Made by a program: the position numbers and the translations under genes. 32,708 nucleotides of DNA from Octopus bimaculoides (Eukaryota), in NCBI RefSeq assembly GCF_001194135.2, contig NC_068991.1:68847198-68879905 (forward strand), in the 5' to 3' direction. The notes beneath the pieces were generated by a model, which worked only from the letters and a program-made list of their open reading frames with translations, was not told the DNA's origin and did not search any database. Positions 22,161 to 32,708 of the stretch are shown piece by piece (the stretch's first letter is position 1; each line of letters begins with the position of its first letter).

Positions 22161-22359
22161 ATAGCAAAAACCTTCGCCCGCGTCTTTGCAGAATCATCAG
22201 TTCGGTTCTGTTTCTAGGCGAATATGTCAGTCGTGTCCCGTGTGAAGATAAATAGTTTGCCGTTTGCAGATTCCAATACCAGATTAGGGAGCACCTTTTG
22301 AAGTCTGTTTTCCACTGTTTCGTGATAACTCATTTCGTTTTTAAACAAATGGCCATAGC

Positions 22360-22385
22360 GTTTATTATTATTTTTATTATCATTA

Positions 22386-22416
<31 letters not shown>

Positions 22417-22427
22417 TATTATTATTA

Positions 22428-22519
<92 letters not shown>

Positions 22520-22692
22520 GTTATTGCTGTTCTTCTTCTTATTATTATTATCATAATGATTATTATTATTATTATTATTTTTAATATTTATTATTACTGC
22601 TTTGACTCCGTCTAGTAGTAGTGGTAGTAGCAGTAGTAGTAGAGGCAGCAGCAGTAACAGTAGTGGTAGTAGTAGTAGTAGTAGTAGTAGTA
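22360..22692. repeat. (ATT)n followed by (AGT)n microsatellite
   Basis: Seen directly. Confidence 0.95.
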
Positions 22693-22900
22693 GATCGCTA
22701 TTTACATTTATATATGTTTATTGTTTTTTTGTTTTCGTCTGCAGATTACTATCTGGCAACTTGACCGTTCTGAATCATTTTGATTTTCGTGCCTGCATAT
22801 ATATTTGCATAAATGTATATATATATATATATATATATATGCATACATATATATATGTATATTGTATTTATATGTATATACATTTATATATGCACATATT

Positions 22901-22983
<83 letters not shown>

Positions 22984-23771
22984 TTGTGTGTGTGTGTGTA
23001 CGTGTGTCTGTTGTAATTTTTTAATGTTCATTTTCGTATATTTTTAGTCACAGGACTCATTTACATTTTTGTTGTTGTTGTTGTTCTTGTTGTTGGTGTT
23101 TATGCTCAGCATTTTTCCTCTTTCCTTTACGATTGTTTACAGATATATTAATACGAACGTCCTCCCTCATATCTATGTCACAAAGTAAAAATCATATAAT
23201 ACAAAGAGCAGCACAGTTAAAAATATACACAATATGGCGTCTGATGACAAAACACACACGCACTTACACACACACACACACACACGCACACAAAAAGAGA
23301 AGTATGAAGGCGAATAATAGATCACTTGAAATACGCAGACATTTTTTTTTCTTCATTCACTTGACACAATCTCAACGTTAGTTCGTTCATTGCGTCTGCG
23401 CTTTGTTGACTCGTTAGCACAATATGGAGTTAAGCGATTTATTTTCAGGCATATGACAGGATATAACGTCAACAACAACAACAACAACAACAACTTCTTT
23501 TGTTGCCCACAAGGGTCCAAAATGTTCGGGGGGACAGTCAAAAGAACCCAATACAAAAAAAAAGAAAGAAAAAAAACGGAAAGTATAGTGCGGGTATTTA
23601 CTCCGCGTAAAAGGGGTGAGAGCAATAAAAAAATGAAAATATAAATAAATATATAATAATGTATAGCAAAAAAAATAATAAATTATAACACAATGAAGTA
23701 AGAACAAAAAAAAGTATACCTTAAAATGGAGGGAACCATATATGACGTATCGTGGCACTTCACACACAGAC

Positions 23772-23858
23772 AACTCTGGATCACTTTGACACCAAAAACA
23801 TGTGCCGCAAACTCTGGATCACTCTGACACACCAAAGCTATGTGCCGCAAACCTCAGG
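23772..23858 (+). repeat. Short tandem duplication, two 38-40-bp units plus a partial third
   Basis: aactctggatcactttgacaccaaaaacatgtgccgca followed by aactctggatcactctgacacaccaaagctatgtgccgca. Confidence 0.9.
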
Positions 23859-24159
23859 CTACATAGTTATTGTGGACCCCTTTCGCTACACCATTGTCGT
23901 CAATCTCATTAATTTTCATAAAATCTATAGGACGCAGCATCTTGGAGAAGTTGCTGTCCGCTTTAAAACTTGATTTTAAAACTTTTCATGCGTCTACACA
24001 AGAAAATTTCCTCTGCCATAGCTACTAGAGACAGGAAATATACTCAAGGAAGTGACTAAATTAATATTCACGTTAGGCTCATATGGCAGCTAATTTAATT
24101 ATCCAGGTGATAAGCCCACAAATCCACGAAGTATCAAAAATTTTGGACGGTATCGCACC

Positions 24160-24325
24160 TGAGTCTAGAACATTTATCCCCTTTGGACAATAACCCCAAC
24201 AAGGACAACAGATGATGATTCAACACTTTTTTATATATTGGAAAGGGAGTAATTAACCAAGGGGAGAATTGCCCTGGGGTAGTTGCCGTCAGGAGGAATG
24301 TTCTATGGGTAATAATTGTCCTAGG
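24160..24325. mobile_element. Possible decayed MITE with imperfect ~30-bp inverted repeats
   Basis: tagaacatttatcccctttggacaataacccc versus the reverse complement of ggggtagttgccgtcaggaggaatgttcta; GGACAAT/ATTGTCC subrepeats. Confidence 0.35.
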
Positions 24326-24527
24326 AGGGTAATGAGTTGTGTATCAGCCTTTCCCTTTCACTTGCATAACAACGATGTTATGGAGAGGGGACGCTGGAAT
24401 GCATGGGCAACTACTTGTCTTCCATAAACAACCTTGCCCACACTTGTGCTTCGGAGGGTAACTTTCTAGGAACAACTCTATGATCATTCATGAACGAAAG
24501 GAAACACATATACATGCATATACACAG

Positions 24528-24746
24528 ACAAAATGATGTTGGATAGTTCCTGGATTAGGTAAAAGAAAATAGAGGAGGATCAGTTAATTATGATTTTATT
24601 CGGCACATTCCCCTTCTCAGATTCACACACTTATTGCAGCGGTCCTTCAGTTTTTCAAAGCCCTGTAAAAGAACGCAGAAGGTTTGGCTTCTAACAAGAC
24701 CTTTCGCGATACCCTTATAGCCAGGAACTTTTCAGCACCCCTTGTA
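24528..24746 (-). mobile_element. Mariner-derived MITE (internal deletion derivative)
   Basis: Right TIR agccaggaacttttcagcaccccttgTA; left TIR degenerate (gatgttggatagttcctgg). The interior minus strand reads LQGFEKLKDRCNKCVNLR, the typical mariner C-terminus GIxxLxxRWxKCxxxxG. Confidence 0.7.
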
Positions 24747-24765
24747 ATACATACATATATACATA

Positions 24766-25138
24766 TTGGTTGGCACTCCGTCGCTTACGACGTCGAGGGT
24801 TCCAGTTGATCCGACCAATGGAACAGCCTGCTTGTGAAATTAACGTGCAAGTGGTTGAGCACTCCACAGACAAGTGTACCCTTAACATAGTTCTCGGGGC
24901 AGATTCAGCGTGACACAGAGTGTAACAAGGCTGGCCCTTTGAAATACAGGTACAACAGGAACAGGAAGAAAGAGTGAGACAACGTTCCCATATGTTCGCC
25001 ACCATTCGCAGCCGGAGCCTCGTGGAGCTTTAGGTGTTTTTGCTCAATAAACACTCACAATATCCAGTCTGGGAATCGAAACCACGATCCTACGACCACG
25101 AGTCCGCTGCCCAAACCACTGGGCCGTTGCGCCTCCAC
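24766..25138 (-). mobile_element. Near full-length tRNA-Arg SINE (same subfamily as 1272-1660) with an internal deletion
   Basis: Colinear with 1272-1660. Candidate TSD tatatacata (24756-24765) / tatatacgta (25139-25148). Confidence 0.9.
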
Positions 25139-25539
25139 TATATACGTATACATACATACATGCATGCATGCATACATACATACATACATACACAGTTCTT
25201 TACACACACAAATTCCCACACATATATGTATATATGCACATATGCATATTTACTCCAATCCGGTATATATATAATCACTTTTGCAATTTTCCAAAGAATT
25301 GGCTTCTCTGTTCATGAAGTGTTGTTTATTTTTTAATTTTCCTTGTTGAGTGCAAGCTGTTAATGATTGGCGAGATTGTGGTCTTGGAAGAATTGCCGGA
25401 TAACGGAGTTTTTATTTCCGTGCTTCGTTGTTTAATTTAGAAATTTCCTAATTTAGAAGCTTTTGGCTGTATCACGGTCGTACGGTTTTCATATAGCAAC
25501 TTAACATTTACAAGGCTTCTTCTGCACTCACCACACACT

Positions 25540-25736
25540 TTGTATGTATGTATGTATGTATGTATGTATGTATGTATGTATGTATGTATGTATGCATGTG
25601 TGCATGTATGAATATATGTACGTATATCACTGATAAGTTTTGTTTCAAGATTGTTTGCTAATCGAAAAAAGAACCGGTTTCTAACCCAGATCCATTATTG
25701 GAATTTCAATATCAACAACAGGTATTTTTGGTCGTT

Positions 25737-25768
<32 letters not shown>

Positions 25769-25840
25769 TGTATGTATGTATGTATGTATCTATCTATCTA
25801 TCTATCTATATATCTATCTATATATCTATCTATCTATGTG
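25540..25840. repeat. (TATG)n and (TCTA)n tetranucleotide arrays
   Basis: Seen directly. Confidence 0.95.
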
Positions 25841-25869
25841 GTATGTGTGTTTGTGTGATTCTTTGTGCA

Positions 25870-25955
25870 TGCGTTTGTTCCCAATACCATTTCTTGACAA
25901 CCGGTGTTGCTTTGCTTACGTCCCCGTAACATAGCGGTTTGGCGAAGAGAGCGAT
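25870..25955 (+). mobile_element. SINE fragment (same family as 17040-17222)
   Basis: cttgacaaccggtgttg...tacgtccccgtaacatagcggtttggc...gatagaata aligns with the reverse complement of 17150-17222. Confidence 0.75.
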
Positions 25956-26032
25956 AGAATATGCATGTAAGTATGTATACATGTATGTGTGTATTTATAC
26001 CTAGATATGTGTATGTATATGCATAGGAATTA

Positions 26033-26071
<39 letters not shown>

Positions 26072-26383
26072 TGTGTGCGTGAGTGTGTGTGCGTGAGTGT
26101 GTGTGTGTGTGCATATAACCTCGAAGAAGCACCAATACTGCAGTTAAGCATCTAGTTCAATACCACTCCTATGATATACAAATTTCCTTGACTCGGTTGC
26201 TTGACAAGCTAGAAATAGCAGCTGAATTCGTTCAAATTAGATATTGCACCTCTAAATATGGTTGAACAAATTGGACAATATAATCACAGACACGCACAAA
26301 CAGTGACTCTTCGAAGCTACTATCCATTTGATCAATCCATTCCAAATCGCTTTTCCCATATGTCTAAATAATGGTTAATATGT

Positions 26384-26570
26384 GTCATCGTCTAGCTTGA
26401 TATGACGAGTTTGTACAATCTAGATTTAGAGACATTTCTCAAACAGAATTGCTTCGCTGCCGAAACTATACTTCTCTGACTGATCTACACATTTGATCCT
26501 AACGAATTACTTTTACACCCAATCGAAGACGTTTTGGAAATCCTGATGGAGACTGGCCTCATAGAGAAGA
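26384..26570 (+). mobile_element. Decayed Tc1/mariner (DDE) transposase catalytic fragment
   Basis: VIV*LDMTSLYNLDLETFLKQN...TILL*LIYTFDPN(ELLLH)PIEDVLEIL, cf. VIFQQDNAxxHxxxxVxxFLxxN...LxWPxxSPDLNPIENxWxIL. The stops fall at the Q (cag>tag) and W (tgg>tga) positions. Confidence 0.5.
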
Positions 26571-26784
26571 TGTATGCTAGTTGGTGTGGTAACTATGTGA
26601 CGTTTATCGGTCATTTATCTATACAAACACGTTCATAATCAACACACACACATAGACACAGACACCTAAAATTCGCGCCGAAGTAGATACTTGCACTGAC
26701 CAGCTTACTAATATGCAATCACTCATCTCTACAGTATAAATATTAACGATTACTTGCAAGTACAAACACTTGCACTCCTATATA

Positions 26785-26818
<34 letters not shown>

Positions 26819-27926
26819 NNNNNNNNNNNNNNNNNNNNNNNNNNNNNNNNNNNNNNNNNNNNNNNNNNNNNNNNNNNNNNNNNNNNNNNNNNNNNNNNNN
26901 NNNNNNNNNNNNNNNNNNNNNNNNNNNNNNNNNNNNNNNNNNNNNNNNNNNNNNNNNNNNNNNNNNNNNNNNNNNNNNNNNNNNNNNNNNNNNNNNNNNN
27001 NNNNNNNNNNNNNNNNNNNNNNNNNNNNNNNNNNNNNNNNNNNNNNNNNNNNNNNNNNNNNNNNNNNNNNNNNNNNNNNNNNNNNNNNNNNNNNNNNNNN
27101 NNNNNNNNNNNNNNNNNNNNNNNNNNNNNNNNNNNNNNNNNNNNNNNNNNNNNNNNNNNNNNNNNNNNNNNNNNNNNNNNNNNNNNNNNNNNNNNNNNNN
27201 NNNNNNNNNNNNNNNNNNNNNNNNNNNNNNNNNNNNNNNNNNNNNNNNNNNNNNNNNNNNNNNNNNNNNNNNNNNNNNNNNNNNNNNNNNNNNNNNNNNN
27301 NNNNNNNNNNNNNNNNNNNNNNNNNNNNNNNNNNNNNNNNNNNNNNNNNNNNNNNNNNNNNNNNNNNNNNNNNNNNNNNNNNNNNNNNNNNNNNNNNNNN
27401 NNNNNNNNNNNNNNNNNNNNNNNNNNNNNNNNNNNNNNNNNNNNNNNNNNNNNNNNNATATATATATATATATATATATAATAATTATGCAGATGAAAAA
27501 GTCGAGCACACACAACCGATAGTAACAAAACAAATATGCATAGCATCCGAAAATCAGATTGTCCATTCGTCCAATTCTATTTCTCCTGAATAAATAGACA
27601 AAATAACAGACATGCATAAACGCATACGAATATACACATAGACACATTCTCAAGTATGTACATGTAAACATAAATACATATATACATATACATAATTTAT
27701 CTCTCTCTCTCTCTCTGTATACATAGGTATACATATGCAAAACTATGCCCATATGTATGTATATACGTATAAATATATAAATGCTGCATACATATGTAAA
27801 ACAAACTTGCATACATAAGCATGCATAGGTATATGTTTATACACTCACTCACACACACACAAACACACATGTCTATGTATACATGTAGATATACATGCAT
27901 ACTTCTATGCATATATATAAAATTAC

Positions 27927-27971
<45 letters not shown>

Positions 27972-28627
27972 NNNNNNNNNNNNNNNNNNNNNNNNNNNNN
28001 NNNNNNNNNNNNNNNNNNNNNNNNNNNNNNNNNNNNNNNNNNNNNNNNNNNNNNNNNNNNNNNNNNNNNNATATATATATATATATATATACGTATTTGC
28101 ATTCTTGAACGCTTGAAACCGTTAGGTGTTGTCACTGATTTAATTTTCCTAAGCCACATTCTGACCGTTGTCAAACATTGCAGCTCTACGTGGATTACCC
28201 CTGTGTTTGACCATTCTGGCAGCTATAGACGGCACCGTTTGTTATATTTTTCTGAATTTTTCCTTATCATTTTATGTTTTTTTTATTTTTGCAATGCATA
28301 TATGAAATCAAATATTTCCTTAATCAATCCTGTAGGAGGAAAAAAATAAAATAAATAAACGAATTCTGCCAGAGACAATTATATAGGAATCTAAAGTCTG
28401 CACATGAATGGATTCACACATATTGGTACACACAGACACACACACAGATACACGCACACACACAACATACACACACACAACATGCACACACACAAACACA
28501 CACATACACATACATGCACACGCAGACAATCATTAATATATAAATATATGTTTGTGTGTTTACGTATTAAAAATGTATTTATGTATGTGTGAATATGTAA
28601 ATATACATAGTTATATATATATATCTA

Positions 28628-28696
<69 letters not shown>

Positions 28697-29073
28697 NNNN
28701 NNNNNNNNNNNNNNNNNNNNNNNNNNNNNNNNNNNNNNNNNNNNNNNNNNNNNNNNNNNNNNNNNNNNNNNNNNNNNNNNNNNNNNNNNNNNNNNNNNNN
28801 NNNNNNNNNNNNNNNNNNNNNNNNNNNNNNNNNNNNNNNNNNNNNNNNNNNNNNNNNNNNNNNNNNNNNNNNNNNNNNNNNNNNNNNNNNNNNNNNNNNN
28901 NNNNNNNNNNNNNNNNNNNNNNNNNNNNNNNNNNNNNNNNNNNNNNNNNNNNNNNNNNNNNNNNNNNNNNNNNNNNNNNNNNNNNNNNNNNNNNNNNNNN
29001 NNNNNNNNNNNNNNNNNNNNNNNNNNNNNNNNNNNNNNNNNNNNNNNNNNNNNNNNNNNNNNNTATATATACG

Positions 29074-29173
<100 letters not shown>

Positions 29174-30244
29174 AATAGGTGTTCGTACATATGTCTACAA
29201 GCATGTATGCATACATGCATGTATGTATAGATGTATGTATGTATGTGTGCATGTATGTACAAGTGTATCAGAGCCTCTATGTGAATGTGTACGTGCATAT
29301 ATATGTAGTTGCTCTATATACATCTGTGAGTAAATACGATAATGCTAATCTGCATATGGTGTATACGAATACACAGCTTCTGAATGAATTCAGAACAAAA
29401 AAAAAAATAAATAAAGGAAAGACGGAGAGATATTTAGTCAATGAAAAGACATATATATACACTTCTACACGTCTTGGTGTATATACGCATGCAGCTTGTT
29501 ACACATAAATAAACATGCATATCGATAGATACATATCGATTGATTGATTCATGGAGAGATATAGATGTATATGTATGTGTTTCTGTGTATATACACATGT
29601 GTGTGTGTACATGTACATATATATATGTATATATACACATATATATGTATATGTATGTATGTATATATATTTATATTTACATATAAGGGTGCTGGCTCAT
29701 TAGAAGTTTTGAGATAGACAGTATTTATTGCGCTAGGAATAATATCATGCTGGCCTTGTGAGAAATGCATATATGTATATATAAATATATATCAATCATA
29801 AGGGCACACAAGTGCGCTTGCCTGCTAGAACTAAAAGTTAAAACTTTCATTTAAAATAACCAATAATAACACTGAAAATTACGACAGAAAACCAACCATT
29901 GTCGGCCGAACGGGCCGAAGAAATATTTTTCTCATACCTATACAGCCCAATGCTATATTTCTTTTAGTATTTGGATACATGCTGGCCGGTTTCTGGTTTA
30001 ACATACAGTCTTACTTTCATCAGCACGTATTACCGGACGAAAAAAGTCTTTTCAACCCCGCACGTTGAAGTCTGCTGGTATATGTCTATCAAATTTGAGA
30101 ATGAGTAAAATCAGAGAAAAATTATTGAAACGCAAAAAATTCACATATGAACGTGGAAAGTATACATTTTAGCTTAGAGAAAAAAACGTAATGAGGTTTC
30201 ACTGTTTTAATTGTTAAGAAAAAGAAAAGGAAGTAGAAGTTGAA

Positions 30245-30685
30245 AGCTGCAGCCATTTTAGGTTTGCTACACCTTCATTATTCGAAACCATCTCTGATGT
30301 GTGGCACTTGGGAAATAAGGTAGTCTGATGCTACTGCTCTTATCTCTGTCTTCTGCCACATTAGGAAGCCTCATCAGGAAAAGATCCAGTGTTGTTTTGA
30401 AAACACCTACATCCCTACCATGCTTGTCTCTCAGACATTTTGAAAAGATATTCAAAGACTGTGGGCCCTCGAGACCAAAGCTGTTGCACTATCTAGTTTT
30501 TCATTTTGATGCCAGTATTGGGATCTTTGGCATTCTGTAACGGTGGCCTATTCTACTGTTTGTGTGACCTTCAATGCCAATGTATACATATATGTAAATG
30601 TGTATCTCTCACTTTCTCACTCAACCTCTTTTCATCTCTGTATATGTGTGTGGATGCGTATATAAACATGATACTTACATGCATA

Positions 30686-30733
<48 letters not shown>

Positions 30734-30925
30734 AATATATACATATATATATATACATGTGTATAAGTATTCACATATGTATACATATGTATATAGATAA
30801 GTACACACATATACATGTGTAGTCCTTCAAGGATCTTCCAGATGTATATCACTGCATACCTTTCCCACCTTCTTCGTAGCGAGAAGAGTCATAAATTTGT
30901 CAGCCTTTCCCAGTAGCTAAACCAT
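30245..30925 (-). mobile_element. 5'-truncated CR1/L2-type LINE 3' end, split by a (TA)n tract (~30580-30820)
   Basis: Minus strand reads [32 protein letters not shown], then the microsatellite, then GIEGHTNSRIGHRYRMP...CNSFGLEGPQSLNIFSKCLRDKHGRDVGVFKTTLDLFLMRLPN. This matches the YWERL...RRRERY.IIY.WKI...NSF...GP.LFN.LP...FK..LD.FL C-terminus. Confidence 0.85.
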
Positions 30926-32087
30926 AATTTACTATAAAGTATATTAAACGCTTTATAAGTCAATACTGTGCCTTACTGTGGCTTATCACTGCTATTAAAT
31001 CACTTGTTAATGTTATCTCTACTGATATTCAGTCGATATTAAAGCCACCATTGAATTGTTATGACGTTTCGTATCCATTTATGTCTAATGTAAACAACAA
31101 TGCGATCGAAGACGGAAACATTTTCCTCTTCCAAGATCACATCCAACCCATTAATCGTCCAAGAGCTTATTGCTTAAACAGACACTAAATATAGCAGTGT
31201 AACATTATTGGTTATACCAATTTTACGTTTTGAACAGTTTCGTGCTCATGCGCAGCATTGAGTCGAGTGTGCTGAACACACTATCCTCATTAAATGAAGG
31301 AGCTTTACTACTTTGACATACACAACAACGACGAGCATATTTTGCGTCTGGACCTGCCAAGATGAAGTAAGTATAATATGCAAAGTATTCGTTCCAGATC
31401 TTGTTGCAATCAGTGCAAATAACGATTTAGTTCGTGAAAATATATTGGTGTGTTTATTCTTAAGGTATGTTTAATATATATAACACTGCTGGCAAGGAGA
31501 GAAATGAAAGACAATGGTGCTGATATGATATTTCAAGTCTTTTGCATAAGACATTTATTAGTGTATGCGTTTGTGTGTGTTTTGAAGCTAACAGAAGTAT
31601 TGTAGTTGAAGAAAAAACAATATCATTTTCATCTGGTTAGGATCTGGTGAACGCTCATATTCACCTCCCACGTTTTGAGGAATTTTTCCAAATGTAAAAA
31701 TCCTATGGTAGGATGAAATGTATATAGCTTCATGTTTCTCACATACATATGCATATGTATAACTATCTATCTATTTTTATATATATATANNNNNNNNNNN
31801 NNNNNNNNNNNNNNNNNNNNNNNNNNNNNNNNNNNNNNNNNNNNNNNNNNNNNNNNNNNNNNNNNNNNNNNNNNNNNNNNNNNNNNNNNNNNNNNNNNNN
31901 NNNNNNNNNNNNNNNNNNNNNNNNNNNNNNNNNNNNNNNNNNNNNNNNNNNNNNNNNNNNNNNNNNNNNNNNNNNNNNNNNNNNNNNNNNNNNNNNNNNN
32001 NNNNNNNNNNNNNNNNNNNNNNNNNNNNNNNNNNNNNNNNNNNNNNNNNNNNNNNNNNNNNNNNNNNNNNNNNNNNNNNNNNNNNNN

Positions 32088-32143
<56 letters not shown>

Positions 32144-32656
32144 CATATATGTGTACATATGTATATACATCACGCACACATATACATGCATGTGTATACA
32201 TATGTATCTCAGTGAGTGGACCTGCGTATCTGCATGTGTGCGAGTATGTGTGTGTATGTGTATGTATGTATATGTATGTGTGGGTGTATGTGAGTGAGTC
32301 TGTGTGTGGGACTGTGAGCATACATATACATATATAGGGAAGTACTTGAGCAAATATGGAGTGCAAATATAACGCCTGTCTAACATGAATGTTCAATAAC
32401 AGACGCCATTTTTCAAAGCGTGAGACAACCTTAGATTTATGTGATACGCCATTTTTTTACCCTACTTTATTCATGTTTTTTTTACAGTTTTATTCAACGT
32501 TTTCGATTTTGTACATTTCTTCTTTGTTTTGCTTTTTTCAGAGATATGGCCTTATGTTTTTCCGATATTTTTTTGTCTATTACGTGACATATACAAATAT
32601 ACAGATAGACATATACTCACTTAAATATGTATACACACACATACACATACACACAT

Positions 32657-32708
<52 letters not shown>
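32088..32708. repeat. (TG)n-rich block after gap 31790-32087 and terminal (CA)n
   Basis: Seen directly at 32088-32330 and 32630-32708. Confidence 0.85.

Overview
AT-rich eukaryotic DNA packed with microsatellites and broken by nine N-gaps (about 3.9 kb), typical of a short-read draft assembly. The SINE families present suggest an octopus genome; this is recognition from memory, not a database result. No complete protein-coding gene can be supported, and almost all supplied ORFs are microsatellite or gap artefacts. The window reads as intronic/intergenic transposon debris: tRNA-Arg-headed SINEs with swapped 3' modules, a dimeric Meta/MESC-like SINE, decayed L1/Tx1 and CR1/L2 LINEs, Tc1/mariner and MULE relics, and two Penelope-like (PLE) GIY-YIG relics. 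The most interesting signal is a cluster of minimal type-I hammerhead-ribozyme-like motifs (11159-11198, 12036-12076, 14349-14389 with mirror copy 14173-14213, and degenerate 10513-10557). Two lie downstream of the PLE relics. The three independent motifs that align to the consensus all have U instead of the canonical A6 (CUGUGGAA-type core). One motif is embedded in a near-perfect 125-bp inverted duplication. The best candidate real exon is a 165-nt phase 1-1 exon at 816-980 on the minus strand.
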